Shown here in pieces: positions 38,421 through 48,082 of a stretch of 64,000 nt of DNA. Source of the stretch: Lentimicrobiaceae bacterium (lineage in GTDB: Bacteria > Bacteroidota > Bacteroidia > Bacteroidales > UBA4417); contig JBGSUB010000003.1 of assembly GCA_041753535.1 (NCBI GenBank), forward strand, positions 5,905-69,904, written 5' to 3'. The first letter of the stretch is position 1; each line of letters starts with the position of its first letter. Below the pieces are notes generated by a model. That model saw only the letters and a list, made by a program, of their open reading frames with translations, had not been told where the DNA came from and did not search any database. The translations under genes were made by a program, and so were the position numbers.

Positions 38421-39905
38421 ATGAAAAATGTATTTTTAATTCTTGTTCTTTTAACTGCTATAATTCCTTTCAGTTATTCTCAATCAGTCTATAGGGGTGT
38501 GCAGATGGAACATTGTTCCTCTTTTATCGAATCCTACGATAACGGTTTTATTATTGCCGGAAACACTCCGGGATGGTATAACAGGGACTATGGCCTTATT
38601 ATCAAAACAGATATTAACGGATCGGTTATCTGGAAAAAGTATATTGGGGATACTACCTGTCTTACAAGGTTCAGTAAAATTATCAGGACCAATGATGGGG
38701 CTTTTGCCGTTTCCGGTAGTACATCAGTCAGGGGGACAGATAAAATTGAACCTTTTATAATGAAGTTTAATCTTTGTGGCGAAATTGAATGGTGCAGGAA
38801 AATTAACGATAATAAAGCGAGCCCCTGGGTTTATTTAACTCAGCTGTCAGATAATAATTACGTTTTTATGTATAATCAACAGTTCGATATGTGGGCATCT
38901 GACGATGCCTGCCCAATATTGAAACTTGATCCCCAGGGGCTGCTTATTTCAGTTGATACACTGTTGGATAATAATTCCGGTTATCTTGGCGGTGTTGATT
39001 TATTGTTACTTCCTGGCGATGATTTGCTTATTCCTGCCTCACCTTCGGTTGCATGGCCACATTTTGTGAAAATGGATTCTGAATTTGCCGTTAAGTGGAA
39101 TTTGTCCTGGTTTGGAATTGGTGAAGCAAGCATAACTGATACTGAACCGGCTACTGACGGAAGCTTTTACACCAGTGGTAACCGTTACTGGTACCCAAAC
39201 GGAGATCCTGCTATTGTTTATAAATATATAGATGGAATGCAGATATGGGCTAAGCCTATGCTGCCAGACTCAATGAGCGGTTCAGGTCCGGTTTGTGTAA
39301 ATACAGATAGCACATACATCGGGATATTTGAATCCTTTTCAGCCTCAACCGGTAAGTATTTGAACAATATGGCGGTTTATGATACTTCAGGAAATTTGCT
39401 GAGCCGGAGGAGTATACCAGTTTTATTTGATGATGTTCGTAATACAAGTGACGGGCAAATAGCGGCTTTGGCAGGATCGCAGATATACAGGTATACCTAT
39501 AGTGGTATGGCTGCTTATGCAATCAACGATACATCCTACTCATCAATTAATACCTATGATAGCCTTTGCACTTCAACAATTGCAACTGACACTTCAGCTT
39601 TTGAAGCTGAGATAATTGTTGGTCTGAAAGATTTTCCCTCGGGTGGGTCACAGGATAAACTGACAGTCTGGCCAGTTCCGGCAGACGATTTTATCACTCT
39701 TGGTTTTAAAGATGAAGTGAAACCTAAAGATGAAATTTTAATATACAGTATTCAGGGAAAGCTTGTTTGGAACAAGAGACTTACTCCCGGTGAGTTTGAA
39801 GTTGTAGTTAATATTTCCGGTTTCCCTGGAGGCATTTATTTAGTCAGGTGGATTCGAAACGGGGTTGCTATTGATACAAAGAAAATCATTCATAAGCCAA
39901 TTTAA
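38421..39905 (+). CDS. T9SS type-A sorting-domain secreted protein (function unknown)
   Basis: ATG 38421 signal peptide MKNVFLILVLLTAIIPFSYS; C-terminal LTVWPVPADDFITL...IYSIQGKLV...GGIYLVRW. Confidence 0.8.
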   Translation: MKNVFLILVLLTAIIPFSYSQSVYRGVQMEHCSSFIESYDNGFIIAGNTPGWYNRDYGLIIKTDINGSVIWKKYIGDTTCLTRFSKIIRTNDGAFAVSGSTSVRGTDKIEPFIMKFNLCGEIEWCRKINDNKASPWVYLTQLSDNNYVFMYNQQFDMWASDDACPILKLDPQGLLISVDTLLDNNSGYLGGVDLLLLPGDDLLIPASPSVAWPHFVKMDSEFAVKWNLSWFGIGEASITDTEPATDGSFYTSGNRYWYPNGDPAIVYKYIDGMQIWAKPMLPDSMSGSGPVCVNTDSTYIGIFESFSASTGKYLNNMAVYDTSGNLLSRRSIPVLFDDVRNTSDGQIAALAGSQIYRYTYSGMAAYAINDTSYSSINTYDSLCTSTIATDTSAFEAEIIVGLKDFPSGGSQDKLTVWPVPADDFITLGFKDEVKPKDEILIYSIQGKLVWNKRLTPGEFEVVVNISGFPGGIYLVRWIRNGVAIDTKKIIHKPI

Positions 39906-40018
39906 TGTTCGTTACAGGATTTCCCCCATTTTAATAGATCAATCCTGAACAAAATCGGTACCTCAAAGGTTTTTATAAATCTCGTACAGCAAATTGGCTG
40001 ATTACAGTAAAATGTGTA

Positions 40019-40026
40019 TATCTTTG
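40019..40026 (+). promoter_or_regulatory. -7 promoter box (TAnnTTTG)
   Basis: TATCTTTG, 37 nt upstream of ATG 40064. Confidence 0.5.
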
Positions 40027-40063
40027 CAAAAAAATCGTTAAACCAATAAAAAATAACAAATAA

Positions 40064-40699
40064 ATGGCTGTTTTAGTAGGAAAAAAAGCGCCTCAGTTCG
40101 AGGCAGATGCTGTGATAAACGGTGGCGAATTTGTTGAGAAATTCTCTCTCGCCCAGTATATTGGCAAAAAACATGTAGTATTTTTCTTTTATCCCCTCGA
40201 TTTCACTTTTGTTTGCCCAACCGAAATCATTGCATTTCAGGATAAACTGGCAGAATTCGAAAAACGTAATGTACAGGTTGTTGGCTGTTCAGTCGACAGC
40301 AAATTTTCGCATTGGGCATGGCTCAATACCGAGCGGAATGCAGGCGGTATCAAAGGTGTTACTTTTCCTTTGGTTTCGGACCTTGCAAAAACCATTTCAG
40401 AAAACTACGATGTACTTGCAGGCGAATGGGAATATGATGAGGACGAAGATTATGTTGAATTCAATGGTGATGCAGTTGCATACCGCGGACTTTTCCTGAT
40501 TGATAAACAAGGAGTTGTCCGTCACCAGGTAGTGAACGACCTGCCGCTGGGTCGTAGCGTTGAAGAAGCTATCCGAATGGTTGATGCACTGCAGTTTTTT
40601 GAAGAAAACGGAGAAGTTTGCCCTGCCGACTGGCATAAAGGCGACGAAGGAATGAAAGCTACTGCTGATGGTGTAGCTGAATACCTGAGTAAACACTAA
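40064..40699 (+). CDS. Typical 2-Cys peroxiredoxin (AhpC/Prx1 family)
   Basis: FFFYPLDFTFVCPTE (peroxidatic Cys) and GEVCPADW (resolving Cys); acidic insertion GEWEYDEDEDYVEFNGD. Confidence 0.93.
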   Translation: MAVLVGKKAPQFEADAVINGGEFVEKFSLAQYIGKKHVVFFFYPLDFTFVCPTEIIAFQDKLAEFEKRNVQVVGCSVDSKFSHWAWLNTERNAGGIKGVTFPLVSDLAKTISENYDVLAGEWEYDEDEDYVEFNGDAVAYRGLFLIDKQGVVRHQVVNDLPLGRSVEEAIRMVDALQFFEENGEVCPADWHKGDEGMKATADGVAEYLSKH

Positions 40700-40722
40700 T
40701 ACCTGTTTCGAGAAAAGAATTT

Positions 40723-40746
40723 AACCGGCCGTGTGCCGGTTTTTTT
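40723..40746 (+). terminator. Intrinsic terminator after the 2-Cys Prx gene
   Basis: AACCGGC / GCCGGTT stem, 5-nt loop, then T6. Confidence 0.8.
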
Positions 40747-40823
40747 ATGCCATTAAATTCCTTTGTCTTTCCGTAACGAAATGAATATGGACTTCGTTAT
40801 ATTTGAACTGCGAATACGATTTA

Positions 40824-41639
40824 TCAAAAATTAGCCGCCAGTATTTTTAATTCGGCCAGTTGATTATCTGTAAGTCCATCAGGAACAATATTTGCCGACC
40901 GGCACAAAAAGAATATCCTTGCTGATTTCGCCAGTATATCAATGACATCAAATGTATCGGGAACACTTTTACCGATAGCGAAAACGCCGTGTTTCTCCCA
41001 GAGAACTACATCATGATCCCTAAGCGCTTTCAGTGTTTCAACTGCAATATCAACAGTTCCGGGAAGGATATAAGGTACAAACCCAACGCCTTTAGGCACA
41101 AAAACCATGGTTTCGGGATGCATGCTCCACAATAGCCTGTTAAGTACATCCTGGTTGCAGAATTCTTTGGCATGGGTTAATGTAACAAGTTCGTTGGCAT
41201 GGGTATGCATCACCACTTTCTCGGCACTGCCGCGTTCGGCAATCATGTGATGTATGCCCAGGTGTGTCGGCAATTCAGACGTAGGCATAAAATTATCCAC
41301 GTTCACTTTCTGCGAAATGATCCAATACCCGTTTGCCTGTTCATTAAGTTTAATAATCAAAGCATTTTTCATGGGCTTGCGGGCCAGGTCGCGCATTCGT
41401 TTTCCGGTGCCGGTAACAAAAAAGTATTTCCCGGCCAGTTTTGAATACGAAACCGGCAAGTCAAAAAACGGGTAGGAACTAAACTCTGAAATTTCCTGCT
41501 GTAACAAATCATTGATGTTCACCGATATATTGCCTGCATTGCGTTCGGCCCAGCCACGCTGCCACAGGTATTCGGCAACTTCCGAAATCTCATTGATCAC
41601 ACTTTTAAGTGCTTTGTTGCTTTTAAGGATTTCCTCCAT
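40824..41639 (-). CDS. rhaD: Class II aldolase, rhamnulose-1-phosphate aldolase-like
   Basis: 271 aa. Collinear by eye with E. coli RhaD blocks (GWAERNAGNISV, FFVTGTGKRMRDL, PTSELPTHLGIHH, VVMHTHANELV, VLWEKHGVFAIG). Confidence 0.7.
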   Translation of the reverse strand: MEEILKSNKALKSVINEISEVAEYLWQRGWAERNAGNISVNINDLLQQEISEFSSYPFFDLPVSYSKLAGKYFFVTGTGKRMRDLARKPMKNALIIKLNEQANGYWIISQKVNVDNFMPTSELPTHLGIHHMIAERGSAEKVVMHTHANELVTLTHAKEFCNQDVLNRLLWSMHPETMVFVPKGVGFVPYILPGTVDIAVETLKALRDHDVVLWEKHGVFAIGKSVPDTFDVIDILAKSARIFFLCRSANIVPDGLTDNQLAELKILAANF

Positions 41640-41817
41640 ATCAATAATGTTTATGCTTTTTTACTTTGTTACAACTGGTTTCACAGTTTCATTGATGCAA
41701 TTCAATATTGCCCTGAATTATAAACACAAAAGTACTTTTTAAAGTTAAATATGTTATAAATGGGAAGAAGCTTTATAAAAATAATTCTGATCAAAGAGAA
41801 GCAGTGACTTTCTTAAC

Positions 41818-42261
41818 TTAGTTGATTTCTTTTATACCGATAATTCCTCCAAGTTTGTCAGCCCAGTTTTCGGGAAAACCATTGAAATAGTTATCCCAGT
41901 TTCTTTTGTATTTCCATTTATACCAGCGGCTGTATGCAACTCTGCCCAGCGAAGGAATTCCAACAATAAGCAGGTACAATGGCCCCAGCATAACCGACTG
42001 CCTGGTGTGACCATACTCATGCATGCGGCAATCATTCACCAGGTGTGAAAACCGGTTTCCGGCAGGTGTCCAGAATATAAACCAGCCAAGGCTTACTCCG
42101 GTATTTTTTGTTTCAAGAAATATGAGGTTTGTTTTCTTTTCAACGTGCAGAAAACTTCGTTTATAATTCATGATGGCAAACACCACCAACCCCAAAAGGT
42201 TCTGAGGGAATTCCCAGAAAAAAAGCATTAATATTTTAATGTAAAAGATGGTTTTGGACAT
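41818..42261 (-). CDS. Hypothetical small membrane protein with HExxH motif
   Basis: 147 aa; 2-3 hydrophobic spans; CRMHEYGHTRQS. Confidence 0.45.
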   Translation of the reverse strand: MSKTIFYIKILMLFFWEFPQNLLGLVVFAIMNYKRSFLHVEKKTNLIFLETKNTGVSLGWFIFWTPAGNRFSHLVNDCRMHEYGHTRQSVMLGPLYLLIVGIPSLGRVAYSRWYKWKYKRNWDNYFNGFPENWADKLGGIIGIKEIN

Positions 42262-42442
42262 TTTTTTGAAATTGGGACTTCAGGCAGGAGCATAAAAATA
42301 GATAAAAATGTGTAGATAATAAATTTTTTGGTTCTGGTGATTTTCTGTTCAAAGAAATTGATCCTTTGCACTGGGAATACTAAAATAGCAAGTGTATCAG
42401 AACCAACTGAGTGAGAATTTTGCACATTCCTGATTTATACAC

Positions 42443-42450
42443 TACATTTG
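42443..42450 (+). promoter_or_regulatory. -7 promoter box (TAnnTTTG)
   Basis: TACATTTG, 19 nt upstream of ATG 42470. Confidence 0.5.
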
Positions 42451-42469
42451 AAAGGTAAAAAACCATTCC

Positions 42470-44377
42470 ATGCAGACTATACCCGATTTTTTCGAAGAAA
42501 ATGTACAGAAGTTTTCTGGCAATATTTACCTGTTGGAGAAAACGGGGACGGCCTACCAGGGCACAACCTATTCCGAAGTAAAACTGCAGGTTGAGCAATT
42601 TGCTGCAGGGCTTTTGAGTATGGGTGTAAGTAAAGGCGACCGTATCGCTTTGCAGTCCGAAGGGCGCAACGCATGGGTGGTTAGTGAATTAGGTATATTG
42701 TACGTTGGAGCGATAAATATTCCCTTGTCGGTTAAGCTTTCCGAACCTGACGAAATCCGCTATCGCTTGGTGCACAGTGGTTGCAGCATGGCAATTGTAT
42801 CAGGGAGCCAGGCAAAAAAAATCCGCGACATTAAATCATCATTACCCGGTTTCAAAAAACTGATACTGCTCGATGGTGAGGCAATGGATGAATCAGAAAT
42901 CACCTACGAATCTCTTATAGCTCAGGGTAAGGCTTTTCTGAATAATTCAGCTGAAGTTTTAGCTCTTGCACGAAAAGCTGTTCAGCCCGACGACCCGGCT
43001 AATATATGCTACACTTCCGGAACTACAGCCGATCCTAAAGGAATTGTATTGTCGCATAATAATTATGTGGCTAATGTATACCAGGCTTACACTCTTATGG
43101 ATATTCCTCCCGACTATACCACATTGTTGATCTTGCCCTGGGACCATGCATTTGCACATACAGCGGGAATTTATTGCATGATGGGTAAAGGTGCTTCACT
43201 GGCTTCGATACAAGTTGGTAAAACCGGAATGGAAACGTTGAAAAACATTCCCGTTAATATCAGGGAAAACAGGCCTAACTTGTTGTTAAGCGTTCCTGCA
43301 CTGGCATCAAATTTTAAAAAAAATATTGAAAAAGGGATTAGTGATAAAGGGTTTCTTGTAAAGATGCTATTTAAACATGCGTTGAAAATCTCATATGCGT
43401 ACAACAATGATGGATGGAAAAAAGGGCCGGGATTAGCAGGATTATATAAACCACTTATCCGTTTATACGATAAAATTTTATTCAGTAAAATACGCGAAGG
43501 TTTTGGCGGAAGGCTCGACTTTTTTGTTGGTGGAGGTGCTTTGCTTGATATCGAATTCCAACGTTTTTTCTATGCCATCGGCATGCCTATGTTCCAGGGT
43601 TATGGACTTACCGAGGCATCGCCGATTATTTCTTCCAATTCACTGGCAAAACACAAACTGGGCTCATCAGGTTACCTGGTGCAGAATATGCTGCTCAAAA
43701 TCTGTGATGAAAAAGGTCAGGAACTGCCGATTGGTGAGCATGGAGAGATTGTAATACAAGGTGAAAATGTAATGCTGGGCTACTGGAACAACGCGGAGGC
43801 TACTGCCCAGTCGTTGCGTGATGGCTGGCTTTATACAGGCGACCTAGGTTACATGGATAAAGATGGGTTCCTTTATGTTCTCGGCCGGTTTAAAAGCTTA
43901 CTTATAGCCGACGACGGCGAAAAATACAGTCCGGAAGGAATTGAGGAGGCTTATATCGGGCAATGCCGGTATATTTCGCAGTGCATGCTATACAACAACC
44001 AACATCCATATACAATTGCACTCATTGTGCCTGATAAAGCACAACTTATTACGCATCTCAGGCATAAAAATCTTGAGCCTTTATCAGATGCCGGTGTACA
44101 CGAAGCCTTACATTGCATCGGGCACGAACTGAATCAGTATCGCAAACATGGCCATTATTCGCACATGTTTCCGCATCGCTGGCTTCCGGCTGCTATTGGT
44201 GTATTACCTGCTGCTTTCACTGAAGAAAATCATATGATGAACTCCACCATGAAAATGGTGCGAGGAAAAATTACAGACAAATACAGTCAGATGATTGATT
44301 TCCTCTATACTTCCGATGGCAAAGACCTGTATCACAAACGGAATATGGAGAATATGAGGGAGTTTTTGAAGGGTTGA
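42470..44377 (+). CDS. Long-chain acyl-CoA synthetase (AMP-binding family)
   Basis: 635 aa; AMP-binding motif CYTSGTTADPKG, GYGLTE, YTGDLGYMDKDGFLYVLGR. Confidence 0.9.
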   Translation: MQTIPDFFEENVQKFSGNIYLLEKTGTAYQGTTYSEVKLQVEQFAAGLLSMGVSKGDRIALQSEGRNAWVVSELGILYVGAINIPLSVKLSEPDEIRYRLVHSGCSMAIVSGSQAKKIRDIKSSLPGFKKLILLDGEAMDESEITYESLIAQGKAFLNNSAEVLALARKAVQPDDPANICYTSGTTADPKGIVLSHNNYVANVYQAYTLMDIPPDYTTLLILPWDHAFAHTAGIYCMMGKGASLASIQVGKTGMETLKNIPVNIRENRPNLLLSVPALASNFKKNIEKGISDKGFLVKMLFKHALKISYAYNNDGWKKGPGLAGLYKPLIRLYDKILFSKIREGFGGRLDFFVGGGALLDIEFQRFFYAIGMPMFQGYGLTEASPIISSNSLAKHKLGSSGYLVQNMLLKICDEKGQELPIGEHGEIVIQGENVMLGYWNNAEATAQSLRDGWLYTGDLGYMDKDGFLYVLGRFKSLLIADDGEKYSPEGIEEAYIGQCRYISQCMLYNNQHPYTIALIVPDKAQLITHLRHKNLEPLSDAGVHEALHCIGHELNQYRKHGHYSHMFPHRWLPAAIGVLPAAFTEENHMMNSTMKMVRGKITDKYSQMIDFLYTSDGKDLYHKRNMENMREFLKG

Positions 44378-44435
44378 AAAGTTTGAAGGGATTGAAGAGT
44401 TTGAGTGGTTAGTAGGGTTTCGGGTTTCGGGTTTC

Positions 44436-44592
44436 GGAGTATCCGAGCACTGAGCAGAGCCGAAGTGCGGGTTTGAAGAGTTAGCAGCGTTTGAGCGTTT
44501 TGGAGTATCAGAGCACTCAGCCGAAGTGCGGGTTATAAGAGTTGGAGGGTTTCGGAGTATCCAAGCACTGAGCAGAGCTGAAATGCGTGGTT
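44436..44592. repeat. Three tandem-dispersed copies of a ~38-nt unit GGAGTATCCGAGCACTGAGCAGAGCCGAAGTGCGGGTT
   Basis: Copies at 44436-44473, 44502-44534 (5-nt shorter) and 44554-44592. Each has the short inverted repeat GCACT...AGTGC (ATGC in the third copy). Preceded by GGGTTTC x3 and GTTTGAAG words starting inside the last codons of the upstream CDS. Confidence 0.85.
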
Positions 44593-44730
44593 CAACCACA
44601 ATTGATTTTGACACTATATTTTCAACTCCGTGTTTCTCAGTGTTCTCTGTTTCTCTGTGGTAAAAAGAAATTACACAACGTCATTCAGCAAACTTATCTT
44701 TCCCCTTTATTGTAAAATACAGTTTATCCC

Positions 44731-45552
44731 GTGATAACTTTCCCAAATTGCAAGATTAACCTCGGCCTATGGGTTACTCAGCGGCGCTCAGATGGCTATC
44801 ATAACATTCAGACTGTTATGTTTCCTGTTCCCTGGTGCGATGCGCTGGAAATTGTTCCTGCAAAAGATAATACCACAACTTTAACTGTCACAGGTAATCA
44901 TGTGGAAGGACCGGTGGAGAAAAACCTCTGCTATCGTGCCTGGATGCTATTGGCAGAAATGTACCATATTCCTCCTGTTCAGATTCACCTGCATAAGGTT
45001 ATTCCTTCAGGCGCAGGTTTGGGTGGTGGTTCATCGGATGCATCCTTTACACTGAAGATGCTGAACAGCATGTTTAAGTTGAACCTGAATGATGAAATTC
45101 TTCGGAACCTTGCTGTTCAACTCGGGATGGATTGCCCGTTTTTTATTGATAATGTGCCTGCTCTTTCTACCGATCGGGGCGAATTCCTCCGGCCTGTTCC
45201 TTTAAGTCACGGTGGATTGCACCTTGTAATCGTAAAACCTGAGGTTCATGTAAGCACTGCTGCTGCTTTTACCGGGATCAGGCCGGTATACCGCGAAAAT
45301 TCAATTGCTGAGTATGCTTTGTTACCTGTTAAGGAATGGAAAAATAATTTGCATAATGATTTTGAAACCACAGTTTTTGAGCTATACCCTGAAATAGAAG
45401 AAATAAAAAACAGATTGTACCGGAAAGGAGCAGTCTATTCAGCCATGAGTGGCAGTGGTTCCGCTGTATTTGCATTATTTACCGAAGATCCTGGTAATCT
45501 TGATTTTACCAAATGTAAAATATTCCAAACTTTACTTGGGAGCCATTCGTAG
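44731..45552 (+). CDS. ispE: 4-diphosphocytidyl-2-C-methyl-D-erythritol kinase
   Basis: GTG start; KINLGLWV, GHMP-kinase loop PSGAGLGGGSSDA. Confidence 0.93.
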   Translation: MITFPNCKINLGLWVTQRRSDGYHNIQTVMFPVPWCDALEIVPAKDNTTTLTVTGNHVEGPVEKNLCYRAWMLLAEMYHIPPVQIHLHKVIPSGAGLGGGSSDASFTLKMLNSMFKLNLNDEILRNLAVQLGMDCPFFIDNVPALSTDRGEFLRPVPLSHGGLHLVIVKPEVHVSTAAAFTGIRPVYRENSIAEYALLPVKEWKNNLHNDFETTVFELYPEIEEIKNRLYRKGAVYSAMSGSGSAVFALFTEDPGNLDFTKCKIFQTLLGSHS

Positions 45553-46617
45553 CAGGATAATCGCCACAATTCCATAGAGGAAATTAGGTATCCATAATGC
45601 GATATAAGCGGGGATATTGCCAAAAATAGCAAAAACCGAGGATATCTGAAGCAACAGAATGAATGTAAAAGCAATGCCAATTCCCATACCCAAATGCATA
45701 CCAATTCCACCCCTGACTTTACGGCTCGAAAGTGCTACTCCTATAAATGTTAGTACAATGTTGGCAAAAGGGAATGTAAGCCGTTTATATTTTTCGAGGT
45801 TAAACTGTGCTGAGATGGTACTCCCACGCATGGTTTCCTGCTTTATAAATCTGTTTAACTGGTTGTAGGTCATTATTTTGGCATCTTCAATATCAACCAT
45901 AAAATCGCTGGGAGTGAATGCCATTACGGTATCTGTTTCTTTTCCCTGGTAGATGGTTTCGCCATCAGTACGAATTTTCCGGATCAGATAATTAGTCATT
46001 TTCCATCGGCTTTGAATGCTGTCCCAGGCTATCATATCTGCTTTCATTTTCAGTGTCATGCCGGTCGAATCGAATTTCTCAAGTGAAAAACGGTAACCTA
46101 TTTTCCCGATGCTATTAAAGTTTTCGACATAAACATATGTTCCCGGTTCCAGTTGCATATGCATGTTCATACCACGATTCTGAAACGGATTTTTAATATA
46201 TTGTTTTTCGAAGGCCCTCAGGTTCCGGTTGGTGAACGGAATTACGTAATTCATTAATGTGAACGAAAGTAAAGTCAGAAAAATGCCCGAAATAAGGTAT
46301 GGTAAGAGCATTCGCCAGAAACTTACACCTGCATTCAGTATGGCAACAATTTCGGTGTTCGAAGCCATGCGGGAAGTAAAATATACTACCGCTATAAATG
46401 TGAACAAGGCACTGAACATATTCACGAAGTAGGGAATAAAATTCAGATAGTATTCAAAAACAATGGCTTTCAGCGGGGCATCCTTCTCAATAAAGTCATC
46501 AATTTTTTCCGAAATATCGAAAATGATAATGATAACCGTGAGCAACAGGATGGAATAAAAATAAGTCCCAAGAAACTTGCGGATAATATAGATGTCAATT
46601 TTTTTTAGTCCCAGCAC
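45532..46617 (-). CDS. LptF/LptG-family LPS export permease
   Basis: GTG start; 361 aa; YIIRKFLGTYF N-terminus, 3 TM + periplasmic beta-jellyroll + 3 TM; 21-nt convergent overlap with ispE. Confidence 0.88.
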   Translation of the reverse strand: MLGLKKIDIYIIRKFLGTYFYSILLLTVIIIIFDISEKIDDFIEKDAPLKAIVFEYYLNFIPYFVNMFSALFTFIAVVYFTSRMASNTEIVAILNAGVSFWRMLLPYLISGIFLTLLSFTLMNYVIPFTNRNLRAFEKQYIKNPFQNRGMNMHMQLEPGTYVYVENFNSIGKIGYRFSLEKFDSTGMTLKMKADMIAWDSIQSRWKMTNYLIRKIRTDGETIYQGKETDTVMAFTPSDFMVDIEDAKIMTYNQLNRFIKQETMRGSTISAQFNLEKYKRLTFPFANIVLTFIGVALSSRKVRGGIGMHLGMGIGIAFTFILLLQISSVFAIFGNIPAYIALWIPNFLYGIVAIILLRMAPK

Positions 46618-46649
46618 CTTATGTGGCAGTATTTAATGGTTTGGATTCT

Positions 46650-46657
46650 CAAAAGTA
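46650..46657 (-). promoter_or_regulatory. -7 promoter box (TAnnTTTG)
   Basis: TACTTTTG on minus strand, 32 nt upstream of GTG 46617. Confidence 0.45.
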
Positions 46658-46717
46658 CAAAAGTGATTAATAGCTGCAACGATCTGTATTATTCAGTGTA
46701 CAGGATAATACTGTAAA

Positions 46718-47848
46718 TTAAAGCCTGACGGATAATTGTTTAACCATTGCTGTCTTCCAGCTGCTGAACTCACCTTCTTCAATATGCTTCCGGGCTTCGT
46801 GTACCAGCCATTGGTAGAACGCGAGATTGTGGATGCTGGCAATCATTGGGCCGAGCATTTCACCGGCTTTAAACAAATGTTTTACATACGCACGGCTGTA
46901 TTCATGATCCACATAGGCTGTTCCTTCGGCATCAAGCGGCGAAAAATCATCTTTCCATTTTTCATTCCTGAGGTTAATGGTTCCCCGGCTGGTGAAAAGC
47001 ATGCCATTGCGGCCGTTTCGAGTCGGCATCACACAATCGAACATATCAATGCCAAGTGCAATGTTTTCGAGGATATTTGCCGGTGTTCCCACTCCCATAA
47101 GGTATCGTGGTTTTGCTTTAGGCAGGATTCCACACACGAGTTCTGTCATTTCGTACATCTGTTCGGCAGGTTCACCAACGGAAAGGCCGCCGATGGCATT
47201 TCCATCCGCATTGTGCGAGGCAATTTCTTCGGCCGACCGGATGCGAAGGTCGCGGAAAGTACTACCCTGCACTATGGGGAAAAGTGATTGTTCGTATCCG
47301 TAATGTGGCTCAGTTTTACCGAACCTGCTAATACAGCGTTTAAGCCATTGATGAGTAAGGTCGAGCGATTTGCTGGCGTAATCATAATCGCAGGGCCAGG
47401 GCGTGCATTCATCAAAAGCCATAATGATATCGGCACCAATAACGCGCTGTATATCCATCACGTTTTCAGGGGTGAACATGTGTTTCGAGCCATCGATATG
47501 CGAGTGAAACATCACGCCTTCGCTGTTGAGTTTACGTCGATCGGTAAGCGAGTATACCTGGTATCCTCCGCTATCTGTGAGAATAGGGCCGCTCCAGCCA
47601 TTGAATTTGTGAAGACCACCTGCTTTTGCAAGTATCTCAAGCCCAGGCCGCAGATAAAGATGATAGGTATTTCCCAGTATGATCTGTGCCTTGATATCAT
47701 TCCTGATTTCGCGCATATGCACAGCTTTTACAGCACCGGCGGTACCTACGGGCATAAAAGCAGGAGTTTCAATTATGCCATGCGCGGTCGTTATCGTTCC
47801 CCTCCGGGCAGCACTTAGCGGATCAGTGAGCTTTAATTCGAATTGCAT
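46718..47848 (-). CDS. tgt: tRNA-guanine transglycosylase
   Basis: 376 aa; TPAFMPVGT, LTDSGGYQV, zinc site C..C.C....H region. Confidence 0.97.
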   Translation of the reverse strand: MQFELKLTDPLSAARRGTITTAHGIIETPAFMPVGTAGAVKAVHMREIRNDIKAQIILGNTYHLYLRPGLEILAKAGGLHKFNGWSGPILTDSGGYQVYSLTDRRKLNSEGVMFHSHIDGSKHMFTPENVMDIQRVIGADIIMAFDECTPWPCDYDYASKSLDLTHQWLKRCISRFGKTEPHYGYEQSLFPIVQGSTFRDLRIRSAEEIASHNADGNAIGGLSVGEPAEQMYEMTELVCGILPKAKPRYLMGVGTPANILENIALGIDMFDCVMPTRNGRNGMLFTSRGTINLRNEKWKDDFSPLDAEGTAYVDHEYSRAYVKHLFKAGEMLGPMIASIHNLAFYQWLVHEARKHIEEGEFSSWKTAMVKQLSVRL

Positions 47849-48053
47849 CCGTATTTTAGTAAGTGAGTAAACAAATTCTATGAGAAAACCGCTTCAGCCT
47901 TCAGGGAGGGAACAAAAAACAGGTAGTTCACAAAATAATGATTAACAAAAGATTTTATAATTATGCTATCATGTTGTTAAGCAATGCTTTATACCCATTA
48001 ATAGCTGTTATAAACTTTTTCGCAAAGATAGATTATAATTCAGTTCAGAATAA

Positions 48054-48061
48054 TACTTTTG
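48054..48061 (+). promoter_or_regulatory. -7 promoter box (TAnnTTTG)
   Basis: TACTTTTG overlaps the ORF-track TTG start (48059); 21 nt upstream of ATG 48083. Confidence 0.5.
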
Positions 48062-48082
48062 TCCATCCAATCCAATACCTTG

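Noticed and set aside
40064-40699. Acidic 17-aa insertion (GEWEYDEDEDYVEFNGD) in the 2-Cys peroxiredoxin
   Set aside because: I recall similar insertions in other Bacteroidota/Flavobacteria 2-Cys Prx sequences, so it is probably a lineage feature. It cannot be verified here, so I do not raise it as a finding.
40824-41639. Rhamnose utilisation locus implied by the RhaD-like aldolase
   Set aside because: No rhaA/rhaB/rhaT or regulator is adjacent. A lone class II aldolase may act on another phospho-sugar, so no pathway claim is made.
44436-44592. Possible CRISPR array (three similar ~38-nt units)
   Set aside because: There are only three copies with unequal lengths (38/33/39 nt). The spacers are 28 and 19 nt and are themselves made of family words. 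No cas genes are present, and the same unit occurs non-arrayed at 52 kb.
44204-44614. 136-aa minus-strand ORF overlapping the end of the acyl-CoA synthetase gene and the repeat array
   Set aside because: Its sequence is the translated repeat (ECSDTPK...NPHFGSAQCSDTPK repeated). It overlaps a well-supported CDS and has no start context. It is an artefact of the repeat.
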